Shown: positions 31,353-42,409, counted from the first letter of the stretch. The stretch is DNA of 64,000 bases from Bacilli bacterium (GCA_017450215.1 JAFSVH010000087.1:48287-112286); one strand, 5' to 3'. The notes: generated by a model not told the origin, from the letters alone. Numbers and translations are program-made.

Positions 31353-31396
31353 TAAAAGTCGTGATTGTCATTAATTTGATATCACGACTTTTTTTA
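31353..31396. terminator. Bidirectional terminator AAAAGTCGTGAT ... ATCACGACTTTTTTT
   Basis: Perfect 11-bp inverted repeat between convergent genes (ends 31327 and 31418). Confidence 0.65.
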
Positions 31397-31417
31397 GAAA
31401 TATTCATTTATTGATAA

Positions 31418-32839
31418 TTAATCAAACAATATATCCGATGTGAAATCTTTTCTTACTATTCCAGAATAATTGTTTTTTTTCAAACCATTTAAAGTAATTA
31501 ATGTTAATTGAATAGATTTTTTTGTTTTTGTGTCTTCTCTAAATACGTTTATTTTATTCATGAGATTTGTCTCATATGTTTTATCGATTACGAATTCTGA
31601 ATTACTAAACTTGATTTCACAAAGATTAATGATGTTGTCTTTTCTATCAATTAATAAATCAATTTGTGCGCCACCTAATTTAGAGTTATAATATGAATAG
31701 TTTAATGAGTCTATGCCCTCAATTTTTAAAGCCTTTTTTATTGAATTGATATGGTTTATGCATACTATTTCAAATGCATATCCACACCAACTATAATATC
31801 CTGGCTGACCTACAAAGTTAGACCAAAGTTCAAAGTTTTTTTTCTTTAAAAAATTAATTGAGAACAATGTGAATGGATCAATTAATTGGTATAAAGCATT
31901 ATTAGCACTTGTTTTGAAGTTTGTATATTTCCGGATGAATCCACATTCTTCAAGCTCACACAATACTTTTGAAAAAGAACTGCCTGAAGCTAATTTTGTT
32001 GCTTCTAATAATTCGTTACGACTCATGCCTCTTTTTACTTTTGCAAGTTGGTTGATAATTTTTGAATGATTTTCATATTTATCAAATAGTGATGAAAAAA
32101 GATTCTCGTATTCATTGATTAAATCTCCTCCATCCCTGAAACATATATTATCAATGTTTTGAATAAGGGAAAAGTTTCTATTAATTAGATTTAAATAATA
32201 TGGAACTCCTCCAAATACCATATATGCTTCTATTATTTCTTGTTTACTTAAGTCATTACCATTTTGGACATTTACCAATAATTCAACTTCTTTAATGTTA
32301 AATGGCTGTAATGATATTTTTGCAGTAATTCGATTATGAAATCCACCTTTTTCATTTATTAGGTTTTTTAGTATCCATGATGTTGCTGATCCACACACAA
32401 TTAACACAAGATTATTTTGTGTTGATGCGAAAGAATTCCAAAAGAGATCAAAGGCTGCTTTGAAGTCGCTTCTACCATTATCAAACCATGGAAGTTCGTC
32501 TAGGAATATTATTCTTTTATTATATCTATTATCAATTTTGATTGTGTTATCGATAATCATACTTTTTAATCTATTGAATGCTTCAATCCAGTTTTCTGGT
32601 ATACTAGAAAACTTTGAACCGTATTCTTTTAATGATGTATTAAATGCATATAATTGTGTCTTGCTTTTTTTCGATAATACTCCAGTAGCATAAAAAGAAA
32701 ATTTATTTTGGAAAAATTCTTTAATCAAAAAAGTTTTTCCGATTCTTCTCCTTCCATATACAACTAAGAATTCAGGTTTATTACTTTTAAGTATGTCATT
32801 TAATTTGTTTTGCTCTTCAATTCTTCCAATTATGTTCAT
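31418..32839 (-). CDS. AAA-superfamily ATPase (archaeal-type ATPase domain + DUF234-like C-terminus)
   Basis: Walker A 'VYGRRRIGKTFLIKEF'. Walker B 'IIFLDELPWF'. 473 aa, typical of this widespread 'ATP-binding protein' family. Confidence 0.6.
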   Translation of the reverse strand: MNIIGRIEEQNKLNDILKSNKPEFLVVYGRRRIGKTFLIKEFFQNKFSFYATGVLSKKSKTQLYAFNTSLKEYGSKFSSIPENWIEAFNRLKSMIIDNTIKIDNRYNKRIIFLDELPWFDNGRSDFKAAFDLFWNSFASTQNNLVLIVCGSATSWILKNLINEKGGFHNRITAKISLQPFNIKEVELLVNVQNGNDLSKQEIIEAYMVFGGVPYYLNLINRNFSLIQNIDNICFRDGGDLINEYENLFSSLFDKYENHSKIINQLAKVKRGMSRNELLEATKLASGSSFSKVLCELEECGFIRKYTNFKTSANNALYQLIDPFTLFSINFLKKKNFELWSNFVGQPGYYSWCGYAFEIVCINHINSIKKALKIEGIDSLNYSYYNSKLGGAQIDLLIDRKDNIINLCEIKFSNSEFVIDKTYETNLMNKINVFREDTKTKKSIQLTLITLNGLKKNNYSGIVRKDFTSDILFD

Positions 32840-32855
32840 TTATATTACTCCTTAA

Positions 32856-32990
32856 TTACAATTAGATTATATTACTAGAATAGCCAAAAGTCAACTAAAA
32901 TATGTAATTTTGGCTATTCTAAAGCACTTTTATGCATTAAAATAGCCAAAACCTTGCTTTTTTACTAGGTTTTGGCTATTTTAGTGATTT
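32856..32990. promoter_or_regulatory. Two 14-bp inverted-repeat pairs built on AATAGCCAAAA (candidate operator sites) in the promoter region of the ATPase gene
   Basis: AGAATAGCCAAAAGT-(16)-ATTTTGGCTATTCT and AAATAGCCAAAACC-(14)-GGTTTTGGCTATTT read directly in sequence. Confidence 0.45.
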
Positions 32991-33000
32991 TTGTATAATA

Positions 33001-33040
33001 AAAACTATACTAATTGTATTTAATTAGTATAGTTTGTTTT
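33001..33040 (-). terminator. Terminator hairpin AAACTATACTAATT/AATTAGTATAGTTT downstream of the mrp/apbC gene
   Basis: Perfect 14-bp inverted repeat followed, on the minus strand, by a T-rich tract. Confidence 0.5.
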
Positions 33041-34011
33041 TATAATATTGATTGAATTATTGTTGCTAAATCAATGAATAATTTATAGTTTTCATCATTT
33101 TCGTCATATAGATATGATCTTGTTTTCGGCTTTTCATACGGAATAAAAGCTAGTGCAGGAATTCCTAATTTTTCAGTTAGATACTCTTCAGCAAAATTAT
33201 CAATAGTCTTTTTATTAATTACAACACCTAGTAAGTTTTGACCTAATTCCTTATGAGCTACTCCAGATTTTAGTGCTGTGTGAGCACTTAGCATATCCTC
33301 TTCACTAACAATAATTACATTTGCATCTTTCAAGTCTTTTGCAATTGACAAGAAGACATCTCCAGTTCCTGTTGGCATATCAACAAGTATATAATCTAAA
33401 TCTTTACTCCAAGCGACTTGATATAAGAAATTAGATATCATTGTATATAATGAAGAGCCTTGCCAGTATATTGGTTTTTCGTATTCTGAGAAGAATTCAG
33501 TTGAAATTATTTCCATATTCCATTTTTTAAATGGATTAATTTTATTGAATTCACCAACTGATATTTCATCTTTAAACATAGCAAGCATTGTTGGTACGCT
33601 TGCACCATAGATATCAGCATCAATTATGCCAACCTTTTTCCCAATTTTGTTTAATGCATAAGCTAAATTGACAGTAATGAAAGTTTTACCAATACCACCT
33701 TTACCACCTGAAATAAGAATGAATTTTGTATTTTTGCCTGCAATTTTATCTGATTTTTTTGTTTCCTCAAAATTGATTTTTACACCGCTAAAGCCATGAT
33801 CGATTTTCACAATCTTTGCAATTTGACGTTTTAAGATATTATCGTTGTTTAAATTGTTTTGACCAACTTCAATAACAAGTTCGATTACACCTTTTTCTTC
33901 ATCATATTTCATTGATAATATTTTATTCTTTAGTTTTAAACCAGTGGAATAATCAATTAATTCTTCAATTTTTTGTTTTATTATTTCTTTTGATTCATTT
34001 AAATTTCCCAT
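33040..34011 (-). CDS. mrp: Mrp/NBP35-family iron-sulfur cluster carrier ATPase (ApbC)
   Basis: Deviant Walker A 'SGGKGGIGKT'. N-terminal DUF59-like domain. 323 aa. Confidence 0.8.
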   Translation of the reverse strand: MGNLNESKEIIKQKIEELIDYSTGLKLKNKILSMKYDEEKGVIELVIEVGQNNLNNDNILKRQIAKIVKIDHGFSGVKINFEETKKSDKIAGKNTKFILISGGKGGIGKTFITVNLAYALNKIGKKVGIIDADIYGASVPTMLAMFKDEISVGEFNKINPFKKWNMEIISTEFFSEYEKPIYWQGSSLYTMISNFLYQVAWSKDLDYILVDMPTGTGDVFLSIAKDLKDANVIIVSEEDMLSAHTALKSGVAHKELGQNLLGVVINKKTIDNFAEEYLTEKLGIPALAFIPYEKPKTRSYLYDENDENYKLFIDLATIIQSIL

Positions 34012-34061
34012 AAAATTATCCCTTAATGAAATGTGTAATAATGTAAATTAATTACAATAAT

Positions 34062-35246
34062 TTAATATTTGATTGGAGTTTTAAACTCTAATTCATATGT
34101 TGATTTGTCAGTTAAGATATCAAATAGACGAGAAGATTTAAGTTCATATTCTAAAATATTAGGATAATTATCTAATTTACTTATGTTTGAAATAAGCATT
34201 TTTTTAGTATCTTTATCCAGCTTTGAGAGATATTTTTTCCCTTTTTCATTCATTCCTAATATTCTTAGATAAGTGAATATTTCCTTATCTTGTTCTTTTT
34301 GTTCTTTGTTTTCTAATAAAATATTAACGAAAATTCGATTTATTCTATTTAGATTATATCTCTTTGTTTGAACTAATTTTGTTAATTCATCATAATTGGT
34401 AGCTTTATTAATAAAAGATTGAATTCTATTTTCAATTCCTTCGTTTATTAAATGAATAGAATTAAAATATTCAATTGGATGAATTAGAAAATTATATTTT
34501 AATATTTCTAACATTCTCTCTTTTGCGATGTTCTCATTAATAAATAAATTTGAGCCAATCTTTTCATATTGAGCTGAAGGAATGTATTTATTAATATCAT
34601 TTTTATTATTGAGTAAAGCTCTTATTTGACTTGCAGAAGCAATATCAATGTCATTTGTTATTTTAGTATCATAATAATTATTCTGAGTTCGTTTAATTGT
34701 ATGAAGGTTAATATTTAAATTTAGTTCCTTTATTGCATTAATATAACCAATAGCAAGAGTGTTATTTGGCTTTGTATATTCATTAACATCATCCTTACAA
34801 ACACCTAAATCTAGAAGAGCTTTGTTGATACTTGTGCTATAAGATAAACCATTATCTAGATGGTTTTTAAGATACATATTAAATGATGGATTATCTTTTA
34901 ATGATGAATATTCCATTAATTTATTAATATCACCTATTTCGCTACCAAAGCAAAGATCAGTAATGTGAAAGGATGATAAAATGTTAATATTAAAAAGGCA
35001 AAATTTATCGCTTGAATTAATAGATAAATAATTTGGTAATTCTAAAACTAAGTCTATATTATTTTCTAAATATAATTTAGTTTTAGTGAATTTATCGATT
35101 AAACTAATTTCACCACGCATATTAAATGATGTAGTAGTTATTGCAATAACTAAATCATATTGATCTGTCGCTATAGCTTGTTCTATGAAATATTTATGAC
35201 CATTATGAAATGGGTTAGCTTCTAATATTAGACCGAGTATTTTCAT
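34062..35246 (-). CDS. tmcAL: tRNA(Met) cytidine acetate ligase TmcAL (YlbM/UPF0348, nucleotidyltransferase fold)
   Basis: 'ILEANPFHNGHKYFI' HxGH motif at the N-terminus. About 394 aa. Confidence 0.6.
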   Translation of the reverse strand: MKILGLILEANPFHNGHKYFIEQAIATDQYDLVIAITTTSFNMRGEISLIDKFTKTKLYLENNIDLVLELPNYLSINSSDKFCLFNINILSSFHITDLCFGSEIGDINKLMEYSSLKDNPSFNMYLKNHLDNGLSYSTSINKALLDLGVCKDDVNEYTKPNNTLAIGYINAIKELNLNINLHTIKRTQNNYYDTKITNDIDIASASQIRALLNNKNDINKYIPSAQYEKIGSNLFINENIAKERMLEILKYNFLIHPIEYFNSIHLINEGIENRIQSFINKATNYDELTKLVQTKRYNLNRINRIFVNILLENKEQKEQDKEIFTYLRILGMNEKGKKYLSKLDKDTKKMLISNISKLDNYPNILEYELKSSRLFDILTDKSTYELEFKTPIKY

Positions 35247-35274
35247 TTTTCCCTCATAAATTATGTGAATTATA

Positions 35275-36255
35275 TTAATCTTTATAATATTCTTTTGCGA
35301 TTAAACTAGCAAGTAAGCAATTGTTTTGTACTAGCTTGATATTTGATTCTAAGCTTTCTCCGTTTGTTTCTTTCACAATCTTAGCAAGTAGGAATGGAGT
35401 TATTTCTTTCCCAACAATGTGCTTATCTTCAGCTTCCTTTACTGCTTCATCAATTTTTTCATTGATTAAGGCTTCATCCATTTCGAATTCTTTTGGAATA
35501 GGATTTGTAACTAATACTCCACCATTTAAACCTAAATCCCATTTAGTTTTTAATAACTTACTAATCTCACCTGGATTATCGATTCTAACATCACATTCAA
35601 ATGGTGAATGAGATGTATAGAAAGCAGGCAAAGTTTTAGTTTTATAGCCAATGACTAAGACACCTTTGGTTTCTAAATATTCTAATGTTTTGCCTAAATC
35701 AAGAATTGATTTTGCACCAGCACATACTACACATACATTTGTTTTTCCGAGTTCTTCAAGGTCACATGAAATATCCATAGTGATGTGAGCATTACGATGA
35801 ACACCACCAATGCCACCAGTTGCAAAGATTTTAATTCCTGCAAGATTTGCTATAATCATGGTTGCTGAAACAGTAGTAGCACCATCTTTATTTAAAGATA
35901 CTATATATGGAATATCTCTACGAGATGTTTTGATTACTTTAGGTCCCATTTTACCTAAATAATCTAATTCATCATCAGTTAGACCAACTTTAATTTTACC
36001 ATTGATGATAGCAATAGTTGCTGGAACGCAGCCATTATCTCTTATTATCTTTTCACATGATTTTGCCGTCTCAACATTTTTTGGGTAAGGCATACCATGA
36101 GAAATGATAGTAGATTCTAATGCAACAACTGGAATATTGTTTTCTAATGCATGCTTAACTTCTTCATTTATTGATAAATAAGATTGATATTTTAAATTTT
36201 CTTTTTCCATTTTTATTTTCCTACCTAATTTATAAACTAATAAATTATTTGTCAT
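35275..36255 (-). CDS. psuG: Pseudouridine-5'-phosphate glycosidase
   Basis: 'VVALESTIISHGMPYP' and 'GGIGGVHR' blocks characteristic of PsuG/IndA. Confidence 0.8.
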   Translation of the reverse strand: MTNNLLVYKLGRKIKMEKENLKYQSYLSINEEVKHALENNIPVVALESTIISHGMPYPKNVETAKSCEKIIRDNGCVPATIAIINGKIKVGLTDDELDYLGKMGPKVIKTSRRDIPYIVSLNKDGATTVSATMIIANLAGIKIFATGGIGGVHRNAHITMDISCDLEELGKTNVCVVCAGAKSILDLGKTLEYLETKGVLVIGYKTKTLPAFYTSHSPFECDVRIDNPGEISKLLKTKWDLGLNGGVLVTNPIPKEFEMDEALINEKIDEAVKEAEDKHIVGKEITPFLLAKIVKETNGESLESNIKLVQNNCLLASLIAKEYYKD

Positions 36256-36397
36256 TTATATTTTGATTATAGCATTTAAGAATAATATTTTCAAATATAA
36301 CAACTATTGATTAAATTTGATGTCTAAATAATAGTGATAAAACACATTATATGATTTAAAATTATAAAGAAATGTGTTATAATCTTTATTAGAAGAG

Positions 36398-37198
36398 GTG
36401 TTAAAAATGAATAAAAACATTAATAATAAACCAATTGGTATTTTTGATTCTGGTATCGGTGGAGTTACCGTACTTGATAAAATTGTAGATAAATTTCCTA
36501 ATGAAGATTATGTATATTTAGGCGATACAAGAAATTGCCCTTACGGAATAAAAACAAAGGAGCAAATCATGAGTTATGTTCGCCATGCTATTAGGTATTT
36601 AGAAAAACAGGATGTGAAGATGATTGTCATCGGATGTAATACTGCAACAGTTAATAGCTATGATGTAAAATCAAGTGTAGGAATAATGAGAATAATCGAG
36701 CCAACTGCAAAAGAAGCTTTAAAAATTAAGAAAGAAAAAGACAATGATGGAAAAATTATTGTTCTTGCAACTAATTATACAATTGATGCAAAAGGGTATG
36801 ACCGTTTCTTAGGCGATGAAATGATTGGAGTTAGAAGCAGTGATTTCGTTACTATTGCAGAAGCGGGATTACAAAATAGTCCTGAATCATTAAAAGTATG
36901 TGAAGAAGTATTAAAGGAAGCTAAAGGCAAAGGTAAAGTAGTTATCCTTGGTTGTACTCATTTTGGTTTATTAGAAGATGATATTAGAAAAGTATTGGGT
37001 GATGATATCATTACTGTTGAAAGTAGTGCATGCATTGTCGGTAGTGTAAAAGAAGAACTTGATAGAATTGGCTATAATGAAAAGAATGAAACAGGAAAAA
37101 AAGGTCATATTTCAATCAGTGTAACAGGAAAAGCAAAAGATGTTCATATTGAATGGTTTAAAAAAGAATATGATGGCATCTTTGAAGTAGAAGATTAA
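36398..37198 (+). CDS. murI: Glutamate racemase
   Basis: 'IGIFDSGIGGVTV', 'YLGDTRNCPYG', catalytic Cys blocks 'IGCNTATV' and 'LGCTHFGLL'. Confidence 0.85.
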   Translation: MLKMNKNINNKPIGIFDSGIGGVTVLDKIVDKFPNEDYVYLGDTRNCPYGIKTKEQIMSYVRHAIRYLEKQDVKMIVIGCNTATVNSYDVKSSVGIMRIIEPTAKEALKIKKEKDNDGKIIVLATNYTIDAKGYDRFLGDEMIGVRSSDFVTIAEAGLQNSPESLKVCEEVLKEAKGKGKVVILGCTHFGLLEDDIRKVLGDDIITVESSACIVGSVKEELDRIGYNEKNETGKKGHISISVTGKAKDVHIEWFKKEYDGIFEVED

Positions 37199-37213
37199 TA
37201 GTGAGGTATTCTT

Positions 37214-38077
37214 ATGGGTCTTTTTTCAAGAAAAGGAAAGGTACAAACAAATATTGTTTATAAAGCGAATTCAATGGATGGTGCTATAGTACTACTTGAT
37301 ATGAACATTACTAATATAAGCATTGTCAATAATTTAAAGGAAAAATTACCTCAAGAGACAATATGCTATATTAATGATTTAGAATATGGTGAATATGAAG
37401 GACATGAACCTGCAGATATTAGATCAAGAATAAAGAAGATAATTGAATTTATTAAAAATAAAAATCCAAAGCTTCTTTATGTCATCAATAGTGTATATAT
37501 TGAATATGGTGAAGAATTCTTTACTGATTTACCATTCCCAGTATTAAATATTGTTACTGACCTAGTGAATTATGTAAATGTAAATTATCCAAACAAGGAT
37601 TTAGCATTCCTAGCTAATGATGGAATAATTGAAGCTAATCTTTATCAAAAATCAATTCATTATAATAGATTATATAATGCAAGATGTAATGCTTTAATTG
37701 ATTGTGTAAATAATAAAATGATGAAGACAAAAGAATCTTTTAATGCAGTAAAAGATGTTTATTTAACACTTCAAAAGAAAGAATTCTCTATTATTGTTAC
37801 ACCTGAAATTAATTTACTTCTTTTATATACTGAATTTGGTGAATATTTTAAAGATGTTGAACTAGTAAGGACTGATAATGCAGTGATTGAATCAATTAGT
37901 AATGAATTAGAATTTAGAAGATTATTAAATAAAGATAATAAAGATGGAAGTACAGGTGTAGATTTATATTTATATTTAAATGCTAATCAATTCCAAGATG
38001 AAAATGCATTTAGAAAATTACTTGATTCTTCAATTGTTATAAAGACAGAAAATTATTCATTAAAAGAAAATAAATAA
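37214..38077 (+). CDS. MurI-like paralog lacking both catalytic cysteines (probable non-catalytic racemase-fold protein)
   Basis: 'ICYINDLEYGEYEG' parallels MurI 'YVYLGDTRNCPYG'. Positions equivalent to the two catalytic Cys read 'YVINSVYIEYG' and 'SIIVTPEINLL' (no Cys). Placed 15 bp after murI. Confidence 0.4.
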   Translation: MGLFSRKGKVQTNIVYKANSMDGAIVLLDMNITNISIVNNLKEKLPQETICYINDLEYGEYEGHEPADIRSRIKKIIEFIKNKNPKLLYVINSVYIEYGEEFFTDLPFPVLNIVTDLVNYVNVNYPNKDLAFLANDGIIEANLYQKSIHYNRLYNARCNALIDCVNNKMMKTKESFNAVKDVYLTLQKKEFSIIVTPEINLLLLYTEFGEYFKDVELVRTDNAVIESISNELEFRRLLNKDNKDGSTGVDLYLYLNANQFQDENAFRKLLDSSIVIKTENYSLKENK

Positions 38078-38156
38078 TAAATAAATAATATATAAATAAT
38101 AAATACTATATAATTATTTATAATTATTAAATTATATTAAAAAAAATAGGAGTATT

Positions 38157-39659
38157 ATGAAATACATTTTATCAATTGACCAAGGTACAACAAGTTCAAG
38201 AGCAATTGTCTTTAATAAAAAAGGCGAGATTGTTGGTAGTGCAAGCCAAGAGTTTAAACAAATATACCCAAAGAGTGGTTGGGTTGAACATGATCCAAAA
38301 GATATTTTAGGTAGTACTTTAGCTGTAATTATGCAGGCAATAGTTAATGCTTCAATTGACTTCAAGTCAATAAGTGCTATTGGAATTACTAACCAAAGAG
38401 AAACAACAATTGTTTGGGATAAAATAACTGGTGAACCAGTTTATAATGCAATTGTATGGCAATGTAGAAGAACTAGTGAATATTGTGATGAATTAAAAGA
38501 ACAAGGATATGATAAAGTTATTTATGATAAGACTGGACTTGTTTTAGATGCTTATTTTAGTGCTACTAAGATTAAATGGATATTAGATAATGTTGAAGGG
38601 GCAAGAAAGAAAGCTGATGAAGGAAGATTATTATTTGGAACAGTTGATACATATTTAATGTGGTGCTTATCTGGTAATAAGAATGGAAGTACTCATCATA
38701 CTAGAATTCATGCAACAGATTATTCAAATGCTTCTCGTACAATGCTTTTTAATATTCATTCTCTAAAATGGGATGAAGAATTATTAAAATTATTTAATAT
38801 CCCAGTATCAATGCTTCCTGAAGTTCATCCTTCATCATATGAATATGGTTATACAGATGAAAGTGCATATGGTTTTCGTATTCCTATTACAGGAGTTGTT
38901 GGAGATCAACAAGGTGCTTTATTTGGTCAATTATGTGTTAACGAAGGTGATATTAAAAATACTTATGGTACTGGATGCTTTATGCTACTTAATGCAGGTA
39001 AAAACAAAATTAAGTCTCATCATGGTTTAGTTACTACTTTAGGTGCTAGTATTGATAATGAACCTCCATATGTACTTGAAGGTAGTGTCTTTGTTGGTGG
39101 TGCAATTGTTCAATGGTTAAGAGATGAAATGAAATTAATTGATAAAGCCAGTGATTCTGAAAAATTGGCTTTAAAGGTTGAAGATACTAATGGAGTGTAT
39201 ATTATTCCTGCTTTTGTAGGTTTGGGTGCTCCATATTGGAAGAGTAATGTAAGAGGTATTATTACTGGTTTAACTCGAGGAACAAAAAAGAACCATTTAG
39301 TTAGAGCTTGTTTAGAAGCAATTTGCTATCAAGTATATGATATATATAAGGCAATGGAAAATGATTTGGGTAAAAAGATAACAACACTAAAAGTTGATGG
39401 TGGTGCTTGTGCTAATAATTTCTTAATGCAATTCCAAGCTGATATATTAAATGCATCTGTAGTAAGACCAAAAGTAATCGAAGTTACTGCACTTGGTGCT
39501 TGTTATTTAGCTGGCTTAAAAGTTGGATATTGGAAAAATATCGATGATATTAAAGCAAATGTGGAGATGGAAAAAACATTCGAGCCATTAATTAATGATG
39601 AAAAACGAGATGAATTAACTAAAGGTTGGAAAGAAGCAATGAATATGCTTTTAAAATAA
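38157..39659 (+). CDS. glpK: Glycerol kinase
   Basis: '[17 protein letters not shown]' N-terminus, FGGY family blocks. 500 aa. Confidence 0.9.
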   Translation: MKYILSIDQGTTSSRAIVFNKKGEIVGSASQEFKQIYPKSGWVEHDPKDILGSTLAVIMQAIVNASIDFKSISAIGITNQRETTIVWDKITGEPVYNAIVWQCRRTSEYCDELKEQGYDKVIYDKTGLVLDAYFSATKIKWILDNVEGARKKADEGRLLFGTVDTYLMWCLSGNKNGSTHHTRIHATDYSNASRTMLFNIHSLKWDEELLKLFNIPVSMLPEVHPSSYEYGYTDESAYGFRIPITGVVGDQQGALFGQLCVNEGDIKNTYGTGCFMLLNAGKNKIKSHHGLVTTLGASIDNEPPYVLEGSVFVGGAIVQWLRDEMKLIDKASDSEKLALKVEDTNGVYIIPAFVGLGAPYWKSNVRGIITGLTRGTKKNHLVRACLEAICYQVYDIYKAMENDLGKKITTLKVDGGACANNFLMQFQADILNASVVRPKVIEVTALGACYLAGLKVGYWKNIDDIKANVEMEKTFEPLINDEKRDELTKGWKEAMNMLLK

Positions 39660-39678
39660 AAATAGAATTATAAAAAAA

Positions 39679-40059
39679 ATGAATGAATTAAAGAATTTAA
39701 AAGATTATTTTGTATCAAAAAACATAGATGAAATTATAAAATTAATAGATGATGAATGTAATTATAGATTCATGAATGATAATGCCTCTTTTGCAAATAA
39801 TAATGCAAAGAATAAAGATGATTTCATTCTTCATTTAAAGGAATTGTTTACTTTAGAGATAATAGAGGTTAATAAATTATATCAATATGATGATAAACAT
39901 TATTCTAATGATAAACATAAAGATTATACAAGAATCGCTATTTTTATCACTTTTAAAGGTGGTAAAGATATTTATGATAAAAAAGTAAACATCTTCTTTA
40001 AATTAAATAATGAAAAAATAATTGATATAGAAGAATATCTATTTAATGTTTTTAAATAG
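39679..40059 (+). CDS. Hypothetical protein
   Basis: 126-aa ORF with coding-like composition; no recognisable motif. Confidence 0.35.
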   Translation: MNELKNLKDYFVSKNIDEIIKLIDDECNYRFMNDNASFANNNAKNKDDFILHLKELFTLEIIEVNKLYQYDDKHYSNDKHKDYTRIAIFITFKGGKDIYDKKVNIFFKLNNEKIIDIEEYLFNVFK

Positions 40060-40084
40060 ATATAAATTATAATAATATGATTAT

Positions 40085-40822
40085 ATGATAAAAAATAAAA
40101 TGAGTTTTGAAGATGCATCAGCTAAAGCATTAAGTCATAATCTCCATCCTCAAGGAATTGGAGAATATAAAGAAAAAGTGATGCATAGTATTTTAAAAAA
40201 TTATTATGAAGATGATTTGAATAAACAAGAAATCAAGATTGATCGCTTTTATTGTGATATCTTAAATGAAAATGGGATTATAGAAATTCAAACAGCCAAT
40301 TTCAACATGTTAAGAGAAAAATTAAAAGTATTTCTTGAATCTTACGATGTTACAATTGTATATCCATTAGTTCATAATAAGTTCATTAATTGGGCAAATT
40401 CTAATGATGATTATATGCGAAAAAGTCCAAGACATGATTCAATTTTTAAAGCAAGTCGTGAGCTTTATAAGATTAAGATGTTTTTGAATAATCCTAAATT
40501 ACATTTCATGTTTGTCTTTTGTGATATGATTGAACTTAAAAATTTAGATGGATGGAATAAAACAAAGAAAAAAGGTGCAAGTAGCATTGTGAAAATACCA
40601 AATAGAATTGAAAAAGAAGTTTATTTGCATCATATCGATGAAATGAAAGAATATATCAATAATAATGGTAGTGAATTTAGTGCCAGTGAATTTGCGAAAA
40701 TGAATAAAGTAAGTTTGCGGATTGCTCAATTAACTCTTAATATATTAAAACATGTAAATGCTGTGAGTGTTGAAAGAATTGAGAAAAGAAAATATATTTA
40801 TAAAATTAATCATAGTGATTAA
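40085..40822 (+). CDS. Hypothetical protein
   Basis: 245-aa ORF; no recognised motif. Confidence 0.35.
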   Translation: MIKNKMSFEDASAKALSHNLHPQGIGEYKEKVMHSILKNYYEDDLNKQEIKIDRFYCDILNENGIIEIQTANFNMLREKLKVFLESYDVTIVYPLVHNKFINWANSNDDYMRKSPRHDSIFKASRELYKIKMFLNNPKLHFMFVFCDMIELKNLDGWNKTKKKGASSIVKIPNRIEKEVYLHHIDEMKEYINNNGSEFSASEFAKMNKVSLRIAQLTLNILKHVNAVSVERIEKRKYIYKINHSD

Positions 40823-40848
40823 TTATATTATTAGGAGATGAATAAAAA

Positions 40849-41634
40849 ATGGAAGAAAATATGAAAATAGAAAAAATTGTTTCTTGGAATGTTAATGGAT
40901 TACGAGCTGTAATTGGTAAAGAATTCTTTAAAATTATGGATAATTTCAATGCACAAATTGTTTGTATTCAAGAAACTAAAATGCAAGAAGATCAAATTAC
41001 ATTTTTAGATGATAATCATAAATATAATGATTATTATTTTTATTCATCTAGCGCTATTAAAAAAGGTTATTCTGGTACAGCTATATTTACTAAAATTGAA
41101 CCATTAAGTGTTAAATATGGACTTGATGATGGTAAATATAATGATGAAGGAAGAATAATAACATTAGAATTTGATAAATTTTATTTGGTTAATATGTATG
41201 TACCTAATGCCAGAGAAGGTTTAGTTAGAATTGATTATCGTCTTGAATATGAAGATGATATTAGGTCATATCTAAGTGAACTTAAGAAAACAAAGAATGT
41301 TATTGTATGTGGTGATTTGAATGTTGCTCATAATGAGATTGATTTAAAGAATCCACAAAGTAATATTGGTAATCCAGGTTTTAGTTATGAAGAACGTGAT
41401 GCCTTTGGTAAATTATTAAATAGTGGTTATATTGATACATTTAGACATTTATATCCAGATAAAGTTAAATATAGTTGGTGGAGTTATCGCTTTAATGCGA
41501 GAACGAAAGGAATTGGTTGGAGAATAGATTATTTTCTTGTGAATAATGAATTTATTGATGCGGTTAAGGATAGTGAAATATATGATGATATTTATGGTAG
41601 TGACCACTGTCCTGTTGCTATTATTTTAAAATAA
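40849..41634 (+). CDS. xth: Exodeoxyribonuclease III (AP endonuclease, EEP family)
   Basis: 'IVSWNVNGLRA', 'QETK', 'GDLNVAHNEIDL', C-terminal 'SDHCP' motifs. Confidence 0.85.
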   Translation: MEENMKIEKIVSWNVNGLRAVIGKEFFKIMDNFNAQIVCIQETKMQEDQITFLDDNHKYNDYYFYSSSAIKKGYSGTAIFTKIEPLSVKYGLDDGKYNDEGRIITLEFDKFYLVNMYVPNAREGLVRIDYRLEYEDDIRSYLSELKKTKNVIVCGDLNVAHNEIDLKNPQSNIGNPGFSYEERDAFGKLLNSGYIDTFRHLYPDKVKYSWWSYRFNARTKGIGWRIDYFLVNNEFIDAVKDSEIYDDIYGSDHCPVAIILK

Positions 41635-41644
41635 TAATTATTAG

Positions 41645-42409
41645 GTGTTTATTATGAATAATATAGATAATAAAAAACTACAAAAATTATATGAACTCAT
41701 AAATAAAAGCAATCGTATTGTTTTCTTTGGTGGTGCTGGTGTTTCAACTGCATCTGGTATTCCAGATTTTAGAGGTGCTAACGGTTTATATTCTTATACT
41801 CCTGAAGAGATAATAAGTCATTCTTTCTTTGTGAGAAATCCTAAAATGTTCTATGATTTCTATCTTGATAAAATGGTATATCATGATGCTTTGCCTAATG
41901 CTTGTCATAAGTTACTAGCAAAATTAGAAGAAGATGGTAAATTATTATCTATTGTGACTCAAAATATTGATGGCTTACATCAAGAAGCTGGAAGTAAAAA
42001 GGTTAGAGAATTGCATGGATCTATTAAAAGAAATTATTGCATGAAATGTCATAAATTCTATACATTAGAAGAACTAGAAAGTAGTTTAAAAGATGGAGTT
42101 CCAAGATGTAGTTGTGGTGGGATTATAAAGCCTGATGTTGTTTTATATGAAGAACCACTAGATAATGATACAATGTATGAAGCAGTTGATGATATTAGAC
42201 GTGCTGATTTATTAATTGTAGCAGGAACTAGTTTAGTTGTTTATCCTGCTGCTGGATTTATCAGATATTTTAATGGTGATAATATTGTCGTTATTAATCT
42301 TGGTAGAGCTAATGAAAATGCCTTCTATGGATTAAATAAAGATATATTATATATTGATGGTAGAGTTGAAGAATATTTAAATATTGGTAATTTAAATAAT
42401 TTGAAATAA
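41645..42409 (+). CDS. cobB: NAD-dependent protein deacylase (sirtuin, CobB family)
   Basis: 'GAGVSTASGIPDFRG', 'TQNIDGLH', zinc CxxC...CxxC ('CMKCH...CSCGG'). Confidence 0.8.
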   Translation: MFIMNNIDNKKLQKLYELINKSNRIVFFGGAGVSTASGIPDFRGANGLYSYTPEEIISHSFFVRNPKMFYDFYLDKMVYHDALPNACHKLLAKLEEDGKLLSIVTQNIDGLHQEAGSKKVRELHGSIKRNYCMKCHKFYTLEELESSLKDGVPRCSCGGIIKPDVVLYEEPLDNDTMYEAVDDIRRADLLIVAGTSLVVYPAAGFIRYFNGDNIVVINLGRANENAFYGLNKDILYIDGRVEEYLNIGNLNNLK

